A DNA stretch of 38,073 nucleotides from a virus. Of the stretch, positions 23,126 to 33,324 are shown piece after piece. Under the pieces are notes generated by a model that searched no databases, was not told the origin of the DNA, and saw nothing but the letters and a program-made list of their open reading frames with translations. Position 1 is the first letter of the stretch, and every line of letters starts with the position of its first letter. Made by a program: the position numbers and the translations under genes. The stretch is from the IMG/VR virus record IMGVR_UViG_3300037510_000107. One strand, given 5' to 3'.

Positions 23126-24241
23126 TTATTTACCTGTTTTCTTGATTCGTTCTTCTACTTCCAATGCACGGGCACGTATACCTTTGTTACCCTCTGGTGT
23201 GCCTTTTTCAGCGTATACCCTTGCTGCTTTTTTAGGCTCGTGGGTAGTGCCGATCTCAGTTTTAAGGGCGTTGATTTGAGCGTCCAATTCCTTCTTTGCC
23301 TTGGTTTCAACCTCGGTTACTTTTGCAGCGATTGAAGCAGATACGTTTGTGCTGAGTGCTATAACCGCATCGGCGATCTTGCCCACACTTTCTTCGAGTG
23401 CCGCAAAGCGAGCTTCTGTAGTTTTATCCTGTGCTGGTGGCATCACCACGGTAATCTTTCCGCCAGCTACGGTAACAACGGAACCATCTGCTGCCGGATA
23501 ATCTCCATCTGGTGCCGGGTTTCCGTCCTTCATTGCGTTAGATCCTACCAGCGTAGATGCATCGGCTGCATCACTCACCAATACGGTGCCATCCGCCAAA
23601 TGCAGATCCAGTGCTTTTACTTCTGCTTTGCCCAAAACCTTATCGGACAATGCTTTAATCTTCTCTTTAAGGTTCATTCCTTTTTTTTCTTTTGTATACA
23701 ATGCTAGTACAGGAGCTGATTTTAAAGTCGTTGCGAAGCCTAAAGACACACGCTGCTCTCCTGTTAAATTGGTTTCTTGGTCCATCAAAGGGGCGAGGCC
23801 CTCTTCGGTAATGTTCAGTTCTTTGGAATAGAACTTCCTGAGCTTATCTTCTTCCGCCAATAGCTTTTCGTAGGTGTCAGCCATATAGGCCGCATCACCT
23901 GCGCCAGGATCGGTCCACGGGTTATGAATGACGAAATCAAATTTCGAATCCGCCGTTCTGATCTGCCCTACTAAAAAAATCTTGGTGGCAATGGAAGCAA
24001 CAAGTCCTACCTGCTCGGTATTGACCTGGTATTGCTTTTTGAGTGAGTTGAGATATTCGTAAATGGCGTCACCTTCTGAGACAAGGCCGCCGGGTGAGGA
24101 AATCTGTACGTTAACTACCTTTGTTCCCTCTGGTAGTTTCTTAACCTGCTCTATGACGTTGATAAGCTGTACTCCTTTCATCTGGCCTTGTTCGTCCAGA
24201 TAGGCACCTATCGCGTCATTAATCAGGATGATCCCCGTCAT
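23126..24241 (-). CDS. ClpP-family (S14) prohead protease fused to a scaffold-like coiled C-terminal half
   Basis: ISSPGGLVSEGDAIYEYL, GLVASIATKIFL (Ser) and FVIHNPW (His) follow the ClpP motif order. The C-terminal ~170 aa are Ala/Lys/Glu-rich. Confidence 0.8.
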   Translation of the reverse strand: MTGIILINDAIGAYLDEQGQMKGVQLINVIEQVKKLPEGTKVVNVQISSPGGLVSEGDAIYEYLNSLKKQYQVNTEQVGLVASIATKIFLVGQIRTADSKFDFVIHNPWTDPGAGDAAYMADTYEKLLAEEDKLRKFYSKELNITEEGLAPLMDQETNLTGEQRVSLGFATTLKSAPVLALYTKEKKGMNLKEKIKALSDKVLGKAEVKALDLHLADGTVLVSDAADASTLVGSNAMKDGNPAPDGDYPAADGSVVTVAGGKITVVMPPAQDKTTEARFAALEESVGKIADAVIALSTNVSASIAAKVTEVETKAKKELDAQINALKTEIGTTHEPKKAARVYAEKGTPEGNKGIRARALEVEERIKKTGK

Positions 24242-24254
24242 GGGGATAAAATTC

Positions 24255-24270
24255 GATGATGTATATCATC
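24255..24270 (-). promoter_or_regulatory. Hairpin or operator-like palindrome GATGAT-N4-ATCATC between the tail and head gene blocks
   Basis: Perfect 6-bp arms in the 56-nt gap, followed on the minus strand by GAATTTTATCCCC and ATG 24241. Confidence 0.25.
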
Positions 24271-24297
24271 AAAGTACTATCCAAAGAATGACCGTAA

Positions 24298-24519
24298 TCA
24301 TCGTTTCATAAAACGGTCGGCACGCCACACCGTTTTCTCGCCGACCTTGCATTTGTCCGCAACAATGGAAACAGCTTGAGTCTTTGAAGTTTTGACTACC
24401 TCTTGTGTTCTCTTTAGCTCGTCATGTAGTTCTTTGTATCTGAAAACGGTCGGCGTGATGGCGCCAGCGTCTTTAAGATAGCACATCGTACCATTATCAA
24501 AAAGTTCTTTCATTTTCAT
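24298..24519 (-). CDS. Hypothetical protein, 73 aa
   Basis: Complete ORF, overlap-coupled to the tape-measure gene. Confidence 0.5.
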   Translation of the reverse strand: MKMKELFDNGTMCYLKDAGAITPTVFRYKELHDELKRTQEVVKTSKTQAVSIVADKCKVGEKTVWRADRFMKR

Positions 24520-26288
24520 ATGGTTGCCTGTTCGCGTATTTCTACCCGCTGTTGATTTAAAGCCTCAATCTCTTCAATGATTGCCACCTGGCGCGGCATA
24601 TTTCGGATTGCATCGGTAATGCCCAATAAAATTCTATTGTCGTTTATCTGTCTTGATATAGTTGTCGTCTCCGGACCGGCAGAAACAAAACCACTATTAG
24701 CAAAGCCGGGAACTCCGATACGAGCAAATGTAGAATCTCCACCCAATAATTTCTGATGCCGTTCGTTCAGGATCACCTCCCCTGTTTTAACGGTAGCTAA
24801 AATATTATCTCCGTTGCTACGGCTAATTGGCGTTCCGTCATTGCTGGTTATTCTCTTACCGGTTAATCCACCACGCGCAAATCCTGGCGCTGCATTTACG
24901 GCCGCTAATTGCTGCGCCCCATAAGCGATAGCTACACCGGCAGCTATAGCCGCCAATACAGGTCCAATAAATGGTATTTCAGCCAAGGCAGCATAAGAAC
25001 CCATAGCTGCCGCTCTTGTATCTATTATTATTTTTGTCGATTGTGCTGCCCTGTTAAGGGCGCTTCCCTCTCTTGTTTTAGCGGCAATAAATCCGGCTTC
25101 CCTTCCTATTGTCGCAATGTTACCCTCGCTGATTCCTTGTTTTACTTTTGCTGCTGCCTGATCACTTTGGATAACCTTTTTATTAAGCGATTCGCGTGCG
25201 TTTTGAATAGCTAAAGTAGCATCAGTGACAATTTTTACTTCCTCATTTGAAGACTCCCTTAATCCTGATAATCGTTCATCCTGAGCGGCTTTTGCCTGTT
25301 GCTCTGCCGCCATCTGTGAGCTGGTCAAACCATCGATGATACCCTGTATGTATTTTGCCAGCGCATCTGCATCCTCTATTTGCTTTTGATTGGCGGCCGC
25401 CCTTTTTTCGGCAATGGCATCCTGCATGTTGGATACCTTCTCTTGGAAAGAGAGAGAGTCAGAAGCGGCAGATTTCTGCTTTTCGTAAAGACTTACAATC
25501 TTCTCATTTTCTTCTTTTGAAAACTTACCAGAATTGACAAGGTTTTTTACAAACTGCTCAAATGTTTCATCATCCGATTGCCTTACGTTTTTATCGAGCG
25601 CTATTTTCTTGATGCCTATCACGGCCTCTCTTCGTGCAAGGTCCTCGCGCCCAGCAACCAATTCCTTTTCCCTTTCTAAGACTTCGTTAAGCTTTTTCGC
25701 TTGTTCGTCCAGTGACAGGTTTCTGTTCTTGGAAGCAATTACCAAAGCCTTAAGCTGGTTTTCTTCATCTGCGGTGGCCAACCTGAAATTAAACATCGCA
25801 TCCTCAAGATCCCTTTCTAAATCCAAGAGCTGCTGGCTTGCTACGACCGCATTCTTTATCTCGCTGGTCAGATTCTTGATCCCCTGTATAGCCGCCGGGA
25901 AATTTCCAGTGGCCAGGTTTATAAGAATCATTCCTATATTTTTCAGGTTATCGATTAGCACGTTAGCTATCGTTCCTATGGCATTGAATGCGTTTTCAAT
26001 AAGATCTAAGGCCGGTTCGCTCTTTTTGATTGCCGCCGTGATAACCCCGATGGCTGCTGCTATGGCTGCCATAACAAGGCCAACTGGCGTAGCGATCATT
26101 GCCTTGAATGCTGTCGTAAGCTGCCCAACAGCTGGCACAGCCTTACCAAGTTCTCCCGTAAAACCACTGAGTGATCCCTTTGATTTATTTACGGTATCAT
26201 CGACCTTGTTCAGACTGTTGGCTATATTCTGAGCCGCCTTGCTGGCTCCGGCATCCTCAACCTCGATCTTATAAATGATCTCTTCCAT
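24516..26288 (-). CDS. Tail tape measure protein
   Basis: 590 aa with long Ala/Gln/Lys/Glu coiled regions. Hydrophobic segments TPVGLVMAAIAAAIGVITAAI and FIGPVLAAIAAGVAIAYGAQQLAAV. The C-terminal GFARGGLTG...GEVILNE is typical of tape-measure proteins. Confidence 0.8.
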   Translation of the reverse strand: MEEIIYKIEVEDAGASKAAQNIANSLNKVDDTVNKSKGSLSGFTGELGKAVPAVGQLTTAFKAMIATPVGLVMAAIAAAIGVITAAIKKSEPALDLIENAFNAIGTIANVLIDNLKNIGMILINLATGNFPAAIQGIKNLTSEIKNAVVASQQLLDLERDLEDAMFNFRLATADEENQLKALVIASKNRNLSLDEQAKKLNEVLEREKELVAGREDLARREAVIGIKKIALDKNVRQSDDETFEQFVKNLVNSGKFSKEENEKIVSLYEKQKSAASDSLSFQEKVSNMQDAIAEKRAAANQKQIEDADALAKYIQGIIDGLTSSQMAAEQQAKAAQDERLSGLRESSNEEVKIVTDATLAIQNARESLNKKVIQSDQAAAKVKQGISEGNIATIGREAGFIAAKTREGSALNRAAQSTKIIIDTRAAAMGSYAALAEIPFIGPVLAAIAAGVAIAYGAQQLAAVNAAPGFARGGLTGKRITSNDGTPISRSNGDNILATVKTGEVILNERHQKLLGGDSTFARIGVPGFANSGFVSAGPETTTISRQINDNRILLGITDAIRNMPRQVAIIEEIEALNQQRVEIREQATI

Positions 26289-26291
26289 TCT

Positions 26292-28250
26292 CTATCCTAT
26301 TTTAAGCATGTTGAATTTTGTCTTCTTACCTGGAACGAATGGACCGACAGTGTCCAGAAGGAAAAAGGAATCTGTATCGAATATCGGTTCCAGAAATGAT
26401 AGCGTAGAAATATCATTTTCATCGACAATATAATTTCTAGTTACCAACTTCGCTTTTTGAAGAATCTCCGTCAACAGACTATAGTCGTCGTCTATAAACT
26501 GCTGGAATGTCATTTGGTTGGTCTGGTTGCCATCTTCGAAGTAAGCAACCTTATAATCTGTTGCCGATGCTCCCACCGGGTAAACAGGCTCGTATGAATA
26601 CCTGTCTCGCACTAACAACAATCGAGGACCTGCATCGGCATTCCATGTGTTTAAGTATTCTGGTAGATCTGTTGGATCAAGGATAGGGATGTTCGCGCAA
26701 ATGATATTGCCTAGTGTTGTCTGGCCTGTGGCCGTTAAAGTTTTGGCAAATGGTGAGGTATATATCGTTTTGCTGTCGGTAATGTTGGTGTTAGCTATAT
26801 TTATTGAACCAGACCCATCCACTGAGTCTGAAATTTCATCAGCACTTGAATACTTGAATAGGTTTTCTTGTGCGTAAGATAATGGATTGAATGTTGTTTC
26901 CTCCGGATCATCGACACGTTTATCTGTGTAATCTTTTCCTGTGATGGTTGCTATTATCTCGTTGTAGCTTTTAAAAGTGATTACTCCATTCTTTTCTGAA
27001 GACAAAAGACCAAATCTAACCATGAAATCTTTTATGAAATCGCTTTGTTTCATGTCAGGAAGAAGATCGGCATAGTATGCGTATGGCGCTATGCCCGCTC
27101 CTGAGTTGGTGAACGTTGTAGGATTTGTCAACGGATAAATCTGCATACTTCCGGAAACAACGTTGATCGTTCCGGTAGTACTATTGATTCTCTGTATCTG
27201 AACCCGCAGTCCATGTCCTGTGCCATTGAGCTGGTAGGGCAATGTGCCTCCAATAAAATTGCCTGAATAGTCCAGACTTGCTGTTTTGGGAGTGGCCCCA
27301 ACGGAAAGTAAGTCCACAATGTCTATGATCGTATTGGCGCCGGAGAATAAGCTAACCCGTATGTCGATGCTTCCGCTCCCCGTAAAGGAAACGTTAAGTC
27401 TACAATTCGCATCAAACACAGCTTGACCAGATGGTATGTCTGTGTCATTCGTCAGGTATTTACTTGTGCCGTCCCAATATCCTAATGGGTTGTTTCCTGA
27501 GTTACGAATGCCGGTGAAATTAATATTTACAGGTGTTCCTCCCGATATTACAATTACCTGAGTTGTGGCTACGTAAACATCGACGGACCTAAGGGCCACG
27601 AAGTCAGTATTATATCCAGCGATTGACCCGCAGGCGTTAACCACCATATTCAAATATTTCGTATTGCTGAATACGTTACCAACCTTGGTATAGCCAGCAT
27701 CGATAAATATCTGGTTGATAATGTCTTTGTAATACCAAAATGGTATTCTTACAAAGCCAGTATTTACCCCGCCAGTTCCTATGTTATTCCTGTTAGCGTA
27801 AGCAATCGGATAAATCAACCCACTTGTTGTATTACGGTAAGTCCTTGGATCATAGTATTTCGCTTTGAATGGAGTGGCGTTAAGATCCCAAAGTTTTTTG
27901 TTCTCGATGGCTTTGAAAAAGCCCGTCTCCCGGAATAATATGAAAAGTTGATAGCCCTTACTGGCTTTCTTTAAAACATGTATCCCATTATTGCAAATTT
28001 CTACTCCATTCTGCACGATTCTGACCAACTGCTGAGTATAAGGGAAAGGTGTTTGTGAACTTATGTCCCTAGCGTTCTGGTAGATTCTGTCGTTGTTCTC
28101 AGTGTATGGGATGGTGAACTGATTAGTGTAACTCAGTTTTCGGGTAGCCAAATCTCCTATGTCGGCTACCTGGAATGTTAGTCCTACTGTTGTTCCCGGT
28201 GAAAGGTCCAGCAAATCATCGCCGATGTATATTTGTATGTCTGGAGTCAT
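26292..28250 (-). CDS. Large tail/baseplate structural protein, 652 aa
   Basis: Beta-rich and Asn/Thr/Gly-rich, adjacent to the tape-measure gene. Confidence 0.5.
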   Translation of the reverse strand: MTPDIQIYIGDDLLDLSPGTTVGLTFQVADIGDLATRKLSYTNQFTIPYTENNDRIYQNARDISSQTPFPYTQQLVRIVQNGVEICNNGIHVLKKASKGYQLFILFRETGFFKAIENKKLWDLNATPFKAKYYDPRTYRNTTSGLIYPIAYANRNNIGTGGVNTGFVRIPFWYYKDIINQIFIDAGYTKVGNVFSNTKYLNMVVNACGSIAGYNTDFVALRSVDVYVATTQVIVISGGTPVNINFTGIRNSGNNPLGYWDGTSKYLTNDTDIPSGQAVFDANCRLNVSFTGSGSIDIRVSLFSGANTIIDIVDLLSVGATPKTASLDYSGNFIGGTLPYQLNGTGHGLRVQIQRINSTTGTINVVSGSMQIYPLTNPTTFTNSGAGIAPYAYYADLLPDMKQSDFIKDFMVRFGLLSSEKNGVITFKSYNEIIATITGKDYTDKRVDDPEETTFNPLSYAQENLFKYSSADEISDSVDGSGSINIANTNITDSKTIYTSPFAKTLTATGQTTLGNIICANIPILDPTDLPEYLNTWNADAGPRLLLVRDRYSYEPVYPVGASATDYKVAYFEDGNQTNQMTFQQFIDDDYSLLTEILQKAKLVTRNYIVDENDISTLSFLEPIFDTDSFFLLDTVGPFVPGKKTKFNMLKIG

Positions 28251-30352
28251 TCTACGATAACTATTCTCATTTGATCAAATGGTGATGCGTTATTAGCATC
28301 AACGGCATAGATAGTAAATGTTAAATCGGACATATCGTCGCCTGCATTAAAGATGATATTTTGTCCTGGGTAAGATGATGAGTTTTTTATCAAAGATATA
28401 GTACCATTGTTCTGAGCTATACCGTTATTACTCTTCTTCCTAACTTTTATGATTACGTCTGTAGGCTCGGTAGGCAGTTGAAGGTTTCTAGTATAAGAGG
28501 CCGTTGTTTTCACTGTCTGTAGTACAGATCCGAACCAATATACTTCCCACTCATTTGTTGGTAAGTTATTGGTGAAGTTGACTACGAAAGGCCTTAGCCT
28601 TCCTGTTGCTAGTCCAAAGAAATTATTGTCTTCGAATCCTTCCGGAAATTCAATGGTGATATCTATTGAACTGCTGTTGTTTTCTGTCTCTGTTGTTTCA
28701 GAGCTAAAAACCACAAGTACTTCCAATAAAGCGTAATTATCGAGCAGCACATAGGCCTGAGTATCTAACATTCTTTGCTTCCCTCTGACGCCAATGTTTA
28801 GCTCTGAATAGGCTTTATCATAGACTTCGCCTGCCTGATTTAAGTAGCTGACCATCTGCCATTGATCATACGTTAATCCCTGCGCACTGAGCCGCATTCT
28901 CCTTACCCTTTTGCCGTTTTCGTCAGTATAACTGAGATCCTGATTATAGTCGAACGTCCACCAATCCTGCCCCCCCAACCTGTTTAACCATGAGAGCGTT
29001 ACCGGCTTCGTGCACGGATCCTGCACTTCTATTTCTTGTGAGTATAAGATAGTTGTTATAACCTGTCCGTTAGGGATGGTTAGCGTAGCCGTCAACGTTC
29101 CAGTAGCAACTGTGCCCTGGATCAGGACTATTAAGCTATCGTTGTATATCTCAGGCTGCGCACCGACGGCTGCAACCGTGGTAATCGAAAGCGGTGTAGT
29201 GCCATTGGCTGTCAACGCACTGGTAACAATTTGCTTATAGTTACTGGTCTTGTCGCATAGCCTTACGGTAAGCGTGACACTTCCAGTCCATGTTCCTGAT
29301 AGGGTTAAGGAGAAGTTAATTGCGGGGAAATTGGTCAGGTCAACATTTGGTATCGGTGTCCGCGCCCTAAAATTGACAGATCCAACGGGAGCAACTCCTA
29401 CAAGTGTGCTGGTATTCTTTGTGAATGCTGTCCCTCCAGAATAGTCAAGCCATGAAGTACCGGCCGGAATTGTGACTGCCTGCAATATCTTAGCGAGTAT
29501 CTTGGCGTCGGTTGACGCTGGAAGAACTGAAAGCCTGTACATCCCCGTCGCTGCCGTTACTGCTGTATCTGTCGATGTTAAAGTCCCATCTATTGCGTAA
29601 TGCTCGATGCTGATGGAATATGTTGAGTCAAGGCCGAAATAACTTAGGTCTATGTATTTCCCTATCCAGGCCTTCAGTTTGCTAGCAGTAGTCAAGAATC
29701 TTTTGGACACACGGCTTAGATAGTCGTTCGTTCCCCATACGGTCAAGTCTCCAAGAATGGCAAAACGCGTGTTTGAACTGTCGTTCGTTTCCGAGTTAGC
29801 CGAACCGAACCAAACTTCCGTGTACCCAATGTAAAATTGGATCGAGCGTTGAGGATCGGTGATAGGCGCAGCGTAGGAAGCAATACCGTCTATTTGGGCA
29901 GATAATAGAGTTCGTATGATCTTAGCGTCAATCGTTACTATCCCCTTTTGGTTAGGGGATCTGTCCACCGGGTAAGCGATCAAAACCGCGTTGGTTACCG
30001 GATCTTTGAAATTGATCCTTATTCGATAAAGCGGCCTTGTGGTATTGTTGTTTAGGAATCCTACTGTAGCGTTAGCGGTGTAGGTAATGTTGACGTCAAT
30101 CGTGGTGTTTGTGGAGAATGCGCGAGCCGTCACTGATCCAATAGCATCGTAGCGCCCATCTGTGGACTTTACGTAAACCTGATCGCCTACGGTGTAATTG
30201 GCCGTTACGTCAACCGAGTTTATCGTGATCCTTATCGTTCCACCATTGTTTGTAACCGTATTAAAAGCCTGGTCCTGGCGCTGCCCTACGTATATGATCG
30301 GTTCGAAAGCTGCTGAATATAACTTGGGGCGTTTCTGAATGACAAAGCTCAT
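28247..30352 (-). CDS. Large tail fibre/baseplate structural protein, 701 aa
   Basis: Thr/Asn/Ser-rich and beta-rich, overlap-coupled to the next structural gene. Confidence 0.5.
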   Translation of the reverse strand: MSFVIQKRPKLYSAAFEPIIYVGQRQDQAFNTVTNNGGTIRITINSVDVTANYTVGDQVYVKSTDGRYDAIGSVTARAFSTNTTIDVNITYTANATVGFLNNNTTRPLYRIRINFKDPVTNAVLIAYPVDRSPNQKGIVTIDAKIIRTLLSAQIDGIASYAAPITDPQRSIQFYIGYTEVWFGSANSETNDSSNTRFAILGDLTVWGTNDYLSRVSKRFLTTASKLKAWIGKYIDLSYFGLDSTYSISIEHYAIDGTLTSTDTAVTAATGMYRLSVLPASTDAKILAKILQAVTIPAGTSWLDYSGGTAFTKNTSTLVGVAPVGSVNFRARTPIPNVDLTNFPAINFSLTLSGTWTGSVTLTVRLCDKTSNYKQIVTSALTANGTTPLSITTVAAVGAQPEIYNDSLIVLIQGTVATGTLTATLTIPNGQVITTILYSQEIEVQDPCTKPVTLSWLNRLGGQDWWTFDYNQDLSYTDENGKRVRRMRLSAQGLTYDQWQMVSYLNQAGEVYDKAYSELNIGVRGKQRMLDTQAYVLLDNYALLEVLVVFSSETTETENNSSSIDITIEFPEGFEDNNFFGLATGRLRPFVVNFTNNLPTNEWEVYWFGSVLQTVKTTASYTRNLQLPTEPTDVIIKVRKKSNNGIAQNNGTISLIKNSSSYPGQNIIFNAGDDMSDLTFTIYAVDANNASPFDQMRIVIVE

Positions 30353-30867
30353 TTAGCGTTTGGATTAAATACTTTTAGTTTGGAGTTCATACGCCCTATG
30401 ATGCTTTCCCTCATGGCCTCGCTTAGCTGTTCGTAATTGTCCTGAACAGCTTTAACAACATCTAAAGCGGGTCTTTTCTTTAGGGTTATGTCCGTGCCTT
30501 TCTTGGCGATCTTTCGGGCAATGATAAACGCTAATGACTTTTGGCTAATGTCTCGTGGCTGTATGCCCTTTTCTTTGATCCAATCCATGATGGCCTGAAC
30601 TGGCGGAAACTTGCCGGGGCGTCTTCCTAAAATCTGCTGCTGGAAATACGCATCGCCGGAAAGGTAGGCCGTCGTTTGGTTTGCGCCGACGAGTAGTGAC
30701 TTTGCCGACTTTCCCGATGAGTAAATTTTTTTGGTTAGCTGGTCATCAATGATCGATCTCCTGACAGCGTTCAGGAACTCCATAATGTTTTTCTTGTCCC
30801 GCTCGTCGTAATATCGGACGCCGGAATTAGCCCTGTCTACGGATAGTATGGTTATCCTTTCTGCCAT
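30349..30867 (-). CDS. Hypothetical structural-module protein, 172 aa
   Basis: Complete ORF. Confidence 0.5.
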   Translation of the reverse strand: MAERITILSVDRANSGVRYYDERDKKNIMEFLNAVRRSIIDDQLTKKIYSSGKSAKSLLVGANQTTAYLSGDAYFQQQILGRRPGKFPPVQAIMDWIKEKGIQPRDISQKSLAFIIARKIAKKGTDITLKKRPALDVVKAVQDNYEQLSEAMRESIIGRMNSKLKVFNPNAK

Positions 30868-31325
30868 ACGAATGAAGTTGAATTGTAATGCGCCACACGG
30901 GGAAAATGCCCTTCCTGCTCTGCCATCGACTCATAGTCCCGGTAGATCTTATCGAGTGCTTTATTGTTGGCCAGGTTCCTGTCAAGTTTTTCAGGATCGC
31001 GCTCGGATCTATAGCGCATCTGCCTTTCCTCTTCGTCGGTGTGGCAAACGATGATCAGGTCAAAGTAAAGCTTATTGGACTCGATTCCAGCCCTCAAAAT
31101 ACGATAGGCGTGAATACCTTCCACGATAATACTACGCTTGCTGTCCCTCAGGATATCGCTCATGACCGCGTGAGGCGCTCCGTTATAGTCTGTGATTCCT
31201 TGGTATTCGTCGGTGTGGTAAATGTGGAAGTCAGGGAATTGCTTGGCTAGTTTATGGCAAAGGGTAGTCTTTCCTGAGCAGCTATAGCCCAAGATCGCGA
31301 CTTTATGTTCCCCTGCTCGTATCAT
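30852..31325 (-). CDS. P-loop NTPase / small kinase-like protein
   Basis: Walker A is VAILGYSCSGKTTL. A Walker-B-like hydrophobic strand IIVEG follows. 157 aa. Confidence 0.6.
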   Translation of the reverse strand: MIRAGEHKVAILGYSCSGKTTLCHKLAKQFPDFHIYHTDEYQGITDYNGAPHAVMSDILRDSKRSIIVEGIHAYRILRAGIESNKLYFDLIIVCHTDEEERQMRYRSERDPEKLDRNLANNKALDKIYRDYESMAEQEGHFPRVAHYNSTSFVWQKG

Positions 31326-31793
31326 CTAACACGCTGTTTTCCCCTCATATATCGGCACGGTGGCCTGTCCTGAAACACCAAACAAGTGGTAGTCCTGCCA
31401 TGCATATTCACTAAGATACTTGACCCCAGTAATGCCCTGCCCGAACTCTGTTGACTTCTCAACGATTGCCTGATGGTTTAGTTTGTTAATGAACTCACGG
31501 GCCAGCTCGCGCATTTCATCGACGACAGGCTGAACCTCGTAAGACTTATAGTCTGTTGTGGGGAGCGTTAAACGCTTTACGATAAAAAACTGTAAAGGAA
31601 ACGATGTATGAATTGCCCGGTTGGTAGCAATAACGTCATTGGCTTCGAAAGGTGGAACATAAACAAAGAAAATATCCTTTCCTTCCGGGATTCTATCCTG
31701 ATCCAAAAGGTTGCTTTCGTAAAGGTCTGCATATAGAAAGTGAACCGGCTGGCTAAGTGTTCCTACAACCGCTTCAATGGTTTCTACAATCAT
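31326..31793 (-). CDS. Hypothetical protein, 155 aa
   Basis: Complete ORF that abuts its neighbours. Confidence 0.5.
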   Translation of the reverse strand: MIVETIEAVVGTLSQPVHFLYADLYESNLLDQDRIPEGKDIFFVYVPPFEANDVIATNRAIHTSFPLQFFIVKRLTLPTTDYKSYEVQPVVDEMRELAREFINKLNHQAIVEKSTEFGQGITGVKYLSEYAWQDYHLFGVSGQATVPIYEGKTAC

Positions 31794-32044
31794 TTCTCTT
31801 TGACATTTAGTTTGGTCTCCACTTCCCGATACCTGTCGAAATAGTTGTTCCTCTCATTCCAAAGGTCATTCAAAATTATCAAAGTATCAAAATCTGTGTT
31901 AAAAACAATATCCGGGTGTAACGAATATCGTTCCGCAAATGTATCTATTAACGAGATTTCGAAAAGCCGGTCTAGCTTATTGGCTTCGGACATTTGTGCA
32001 ATGGCACGGCGTTTTCGATGTTCTGCCGTATCCTCCGGAGCCAT
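31790..32044 (-). CDS. Hypothetical protein, 84 aa
   Basis: Complete ORF. It overlaps the upstream ORF by 73 nt, so the boundaries are uncertain. Confidence 0.4.
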   Translation of the reverse strand: MAPEDTAEHRKRRAIAQMSEANKLDRLFEISLIDTFAERYSLHPDIVFNTDFDTLIILNDLWNERNNYFDRYREVETKLNVKEK

Positions 32045-32637
32045 CGCCCGAGCCAGTTCGTCCCAGAGGCGCCGAGCTTCTTTAAGAAAAAAAAACCTAT
32101 AGGGTAAATGGTGGTGATTGGCATGGAGAGTAATAAAGGCTCCAATTCCTTGGCGCGTTCAACGTCGAAAGGTGCTTTCATCATCTTGCCGGCCACTGGT
32201 TCGGCCATATAGAAGGGCTGTAAGTAGAGCGCGGCCACCGTGCAGATCGTTGCTATGTCGTCCTGTAATGCGTTTATTGCCTGCCTGACGTGCATGTTCT
32301 GGCCTGTTGTGAGAGACCCCAGGTTCTTGGGGATAGTCACATTGACCCCAGATATATCGATTGATTGAGGAATCGGCAAGGCTTCAAAGTCAATCTCTTC
32401 GGTGTAGACAAATTTGGTATACTCCCATATCGCCGCCTCCAGTTCGTAGTCGGTTGAATCCCATACCTTTTGGTAGTCGGTGCCGGTAAGAATCGTGAAT
32501 AGTTTTACGCGGTTCCGTTCCATGATGGGTTTGTCCGGATCCCACTTCTTGCGGATCTTTAGAAACGTGTTCGTGGATACGTCAGCCCAGCAGGTAGGGC
32601 AGTGAACCCTTACTCCGTTGACTCTCAGGATGACCAT
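31972..32637 (-). CDS. Hypothetical protein (start at MVILRVNG)
   Basis: The ORF-track ORF runs to 32691. ATG 32637 reduces the overlap with the upstream gene to 13 nt. Confidence 0.5.
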   Translation of the reverse strand: MVILRVNGVRVHCPTCWADVSTNTFLKIRKKWDPDKPIMERNRVKLFTILTGTDYQKVWDSTDYELEAAIWEYTKFVYTEEIDFEALPIPQSIDISGVNVTIPKNLGSLTTGQNMHVRQAINALQDDIATICTVAALYLQPFYMAEPVAGKMMKAPFDVERAKELEPLLLSMPITTIYPIGFFFLKKLGASGTNWLGRWLRRIRQNIENAVPLHKCPKPIS

Positions 32638-32864
32638 TGTTTGCGAAGTTTCTTTTTGAGTTTGCGAGGTAAGCGACTTCTGATGCCCCAAAATGATCCG
32701 AACTCTTTTGGATCTATTGTGAATTTATTATTGGGATTTCCGGCTTCCCATATTTTAGAAGCAAGACTTTTTGAATCAGGACGGTTACATATATTGAAAA
32801 AGTCAAGGCCGTGTATTTCATCGAAACAACTGCCGTCGCATGCTGAATGTGTTCTACATGACAT
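32625..32864 (-). CDS. Hypothetical protein, 79 aa
   Basis: Complete ORF with a Cys-rich N-terminus and basic C-terminus. Confidence 0.45.
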   Translation of the reverse strand: MSCRTHSACDGSCFDEIHGLDFFNICNRPDSKSLASKIWEAGNPNNKFTIDPKEFGSFWGIRSRLPRKLKKKLRKQWSS

Positions 32865-32876
32865 TTTACATTATTT

Positions 32877-33023
32877 TTAATACAACCATAGCACCATCAG
32901 ACGAAGGTATTTGTACAGCAGCGTAGAATAACCTATGATCAGGAAGGCCATAGGCGTGACAAGGACTAGGGCAACGAAGGCTGTTATAGCCGTTCGGTAG
33001 TAATCAGCGAGTATCTTTTTCAT
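32877..33023 (-). CDS. Small membrane protein, 48 aa (not in ORF track)
   Basis: My translation is MKKILADYYRTAITAFVALVLVTPMAFLIIGYSTLLYKYLRLMVLWLY. ATG 33023 overlaps the upstream TGA as ATGA. Confidence 0.4.
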   Translation of the reverse strand: MKKILADYYRTAITAFVALVLVTPMAFLIIGYSTLLYKYLRLMVLWLY

Positions 33024-33313
33024 TGTGGGAGATTTGGTTCTATTACTTCTTTAATGACAACGTCAGCCATGGCCAACGCGTTTGCGTAGGCGTTAGGGTC
33101 TTGCTTGTAAAGGGCTATCAACCTGTTGGCTATGTTTCCTGTCTCGGCGCTGATCTCAGCCTTGATTTGACTTGGCCCGAATTCCTCTTCGATTGTAGCC
33201 GTTTTGGTTACATCGGGAACTACATTGAAAATGCTGCACAGGTGAACGGATGGGTTATAGCCTTGACACGATCCATCACATTCGTTGTCGATAAGGCACT
33301 TTTTATTTGTCAT
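33020..33313 (-). CDS. Hypothetical protein, 97 aa
   Basis: Complete ORF downstream of the large terminase. Confidence 0.5.
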   Translation of the reverse strand: MTNKKCLIDNECDGSCQGYNPSVHLCSIFNVVPDVTKTATIEEEFGPSQIKAEISAETGNIANRLIALYKQDPNAYANALAMADVVIKEVIEPNLPQ

Positions 33314-33324
33314 TTTATGGGTGT

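Noticed and set aside
25534-26232. 232-aa plus-strand ORF inside the tape-measure gene, and similar antisense ORFs at 2327..2752, 3140..3586, 33980..34438 and 34734..35144
   Set aside because: These are shadow ORFs antisense to well-supported genes. They have Ser/Leu/Phe-rich low-complexity translations and no independent start or stop coupling.
26292-30352. Diversity-generating retroelement targeting the tail fibre genes
   Set aside because: No reverse transcriptase ORF occurs anywhere in the genome, and I saw no template/variable repeat pair. The only paralogous pair (21433..22169) is deeply diverged at all bases.
30852-31325. P-loop protein as a ParA partition ATPase for the RHH/repeat locus
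   Set aside because: Its Walker A (GYSCSGKTT) is not the deviant KGGxxK type, and the gene is about 7.6 kb away from the array across the junction, inside the structural block.
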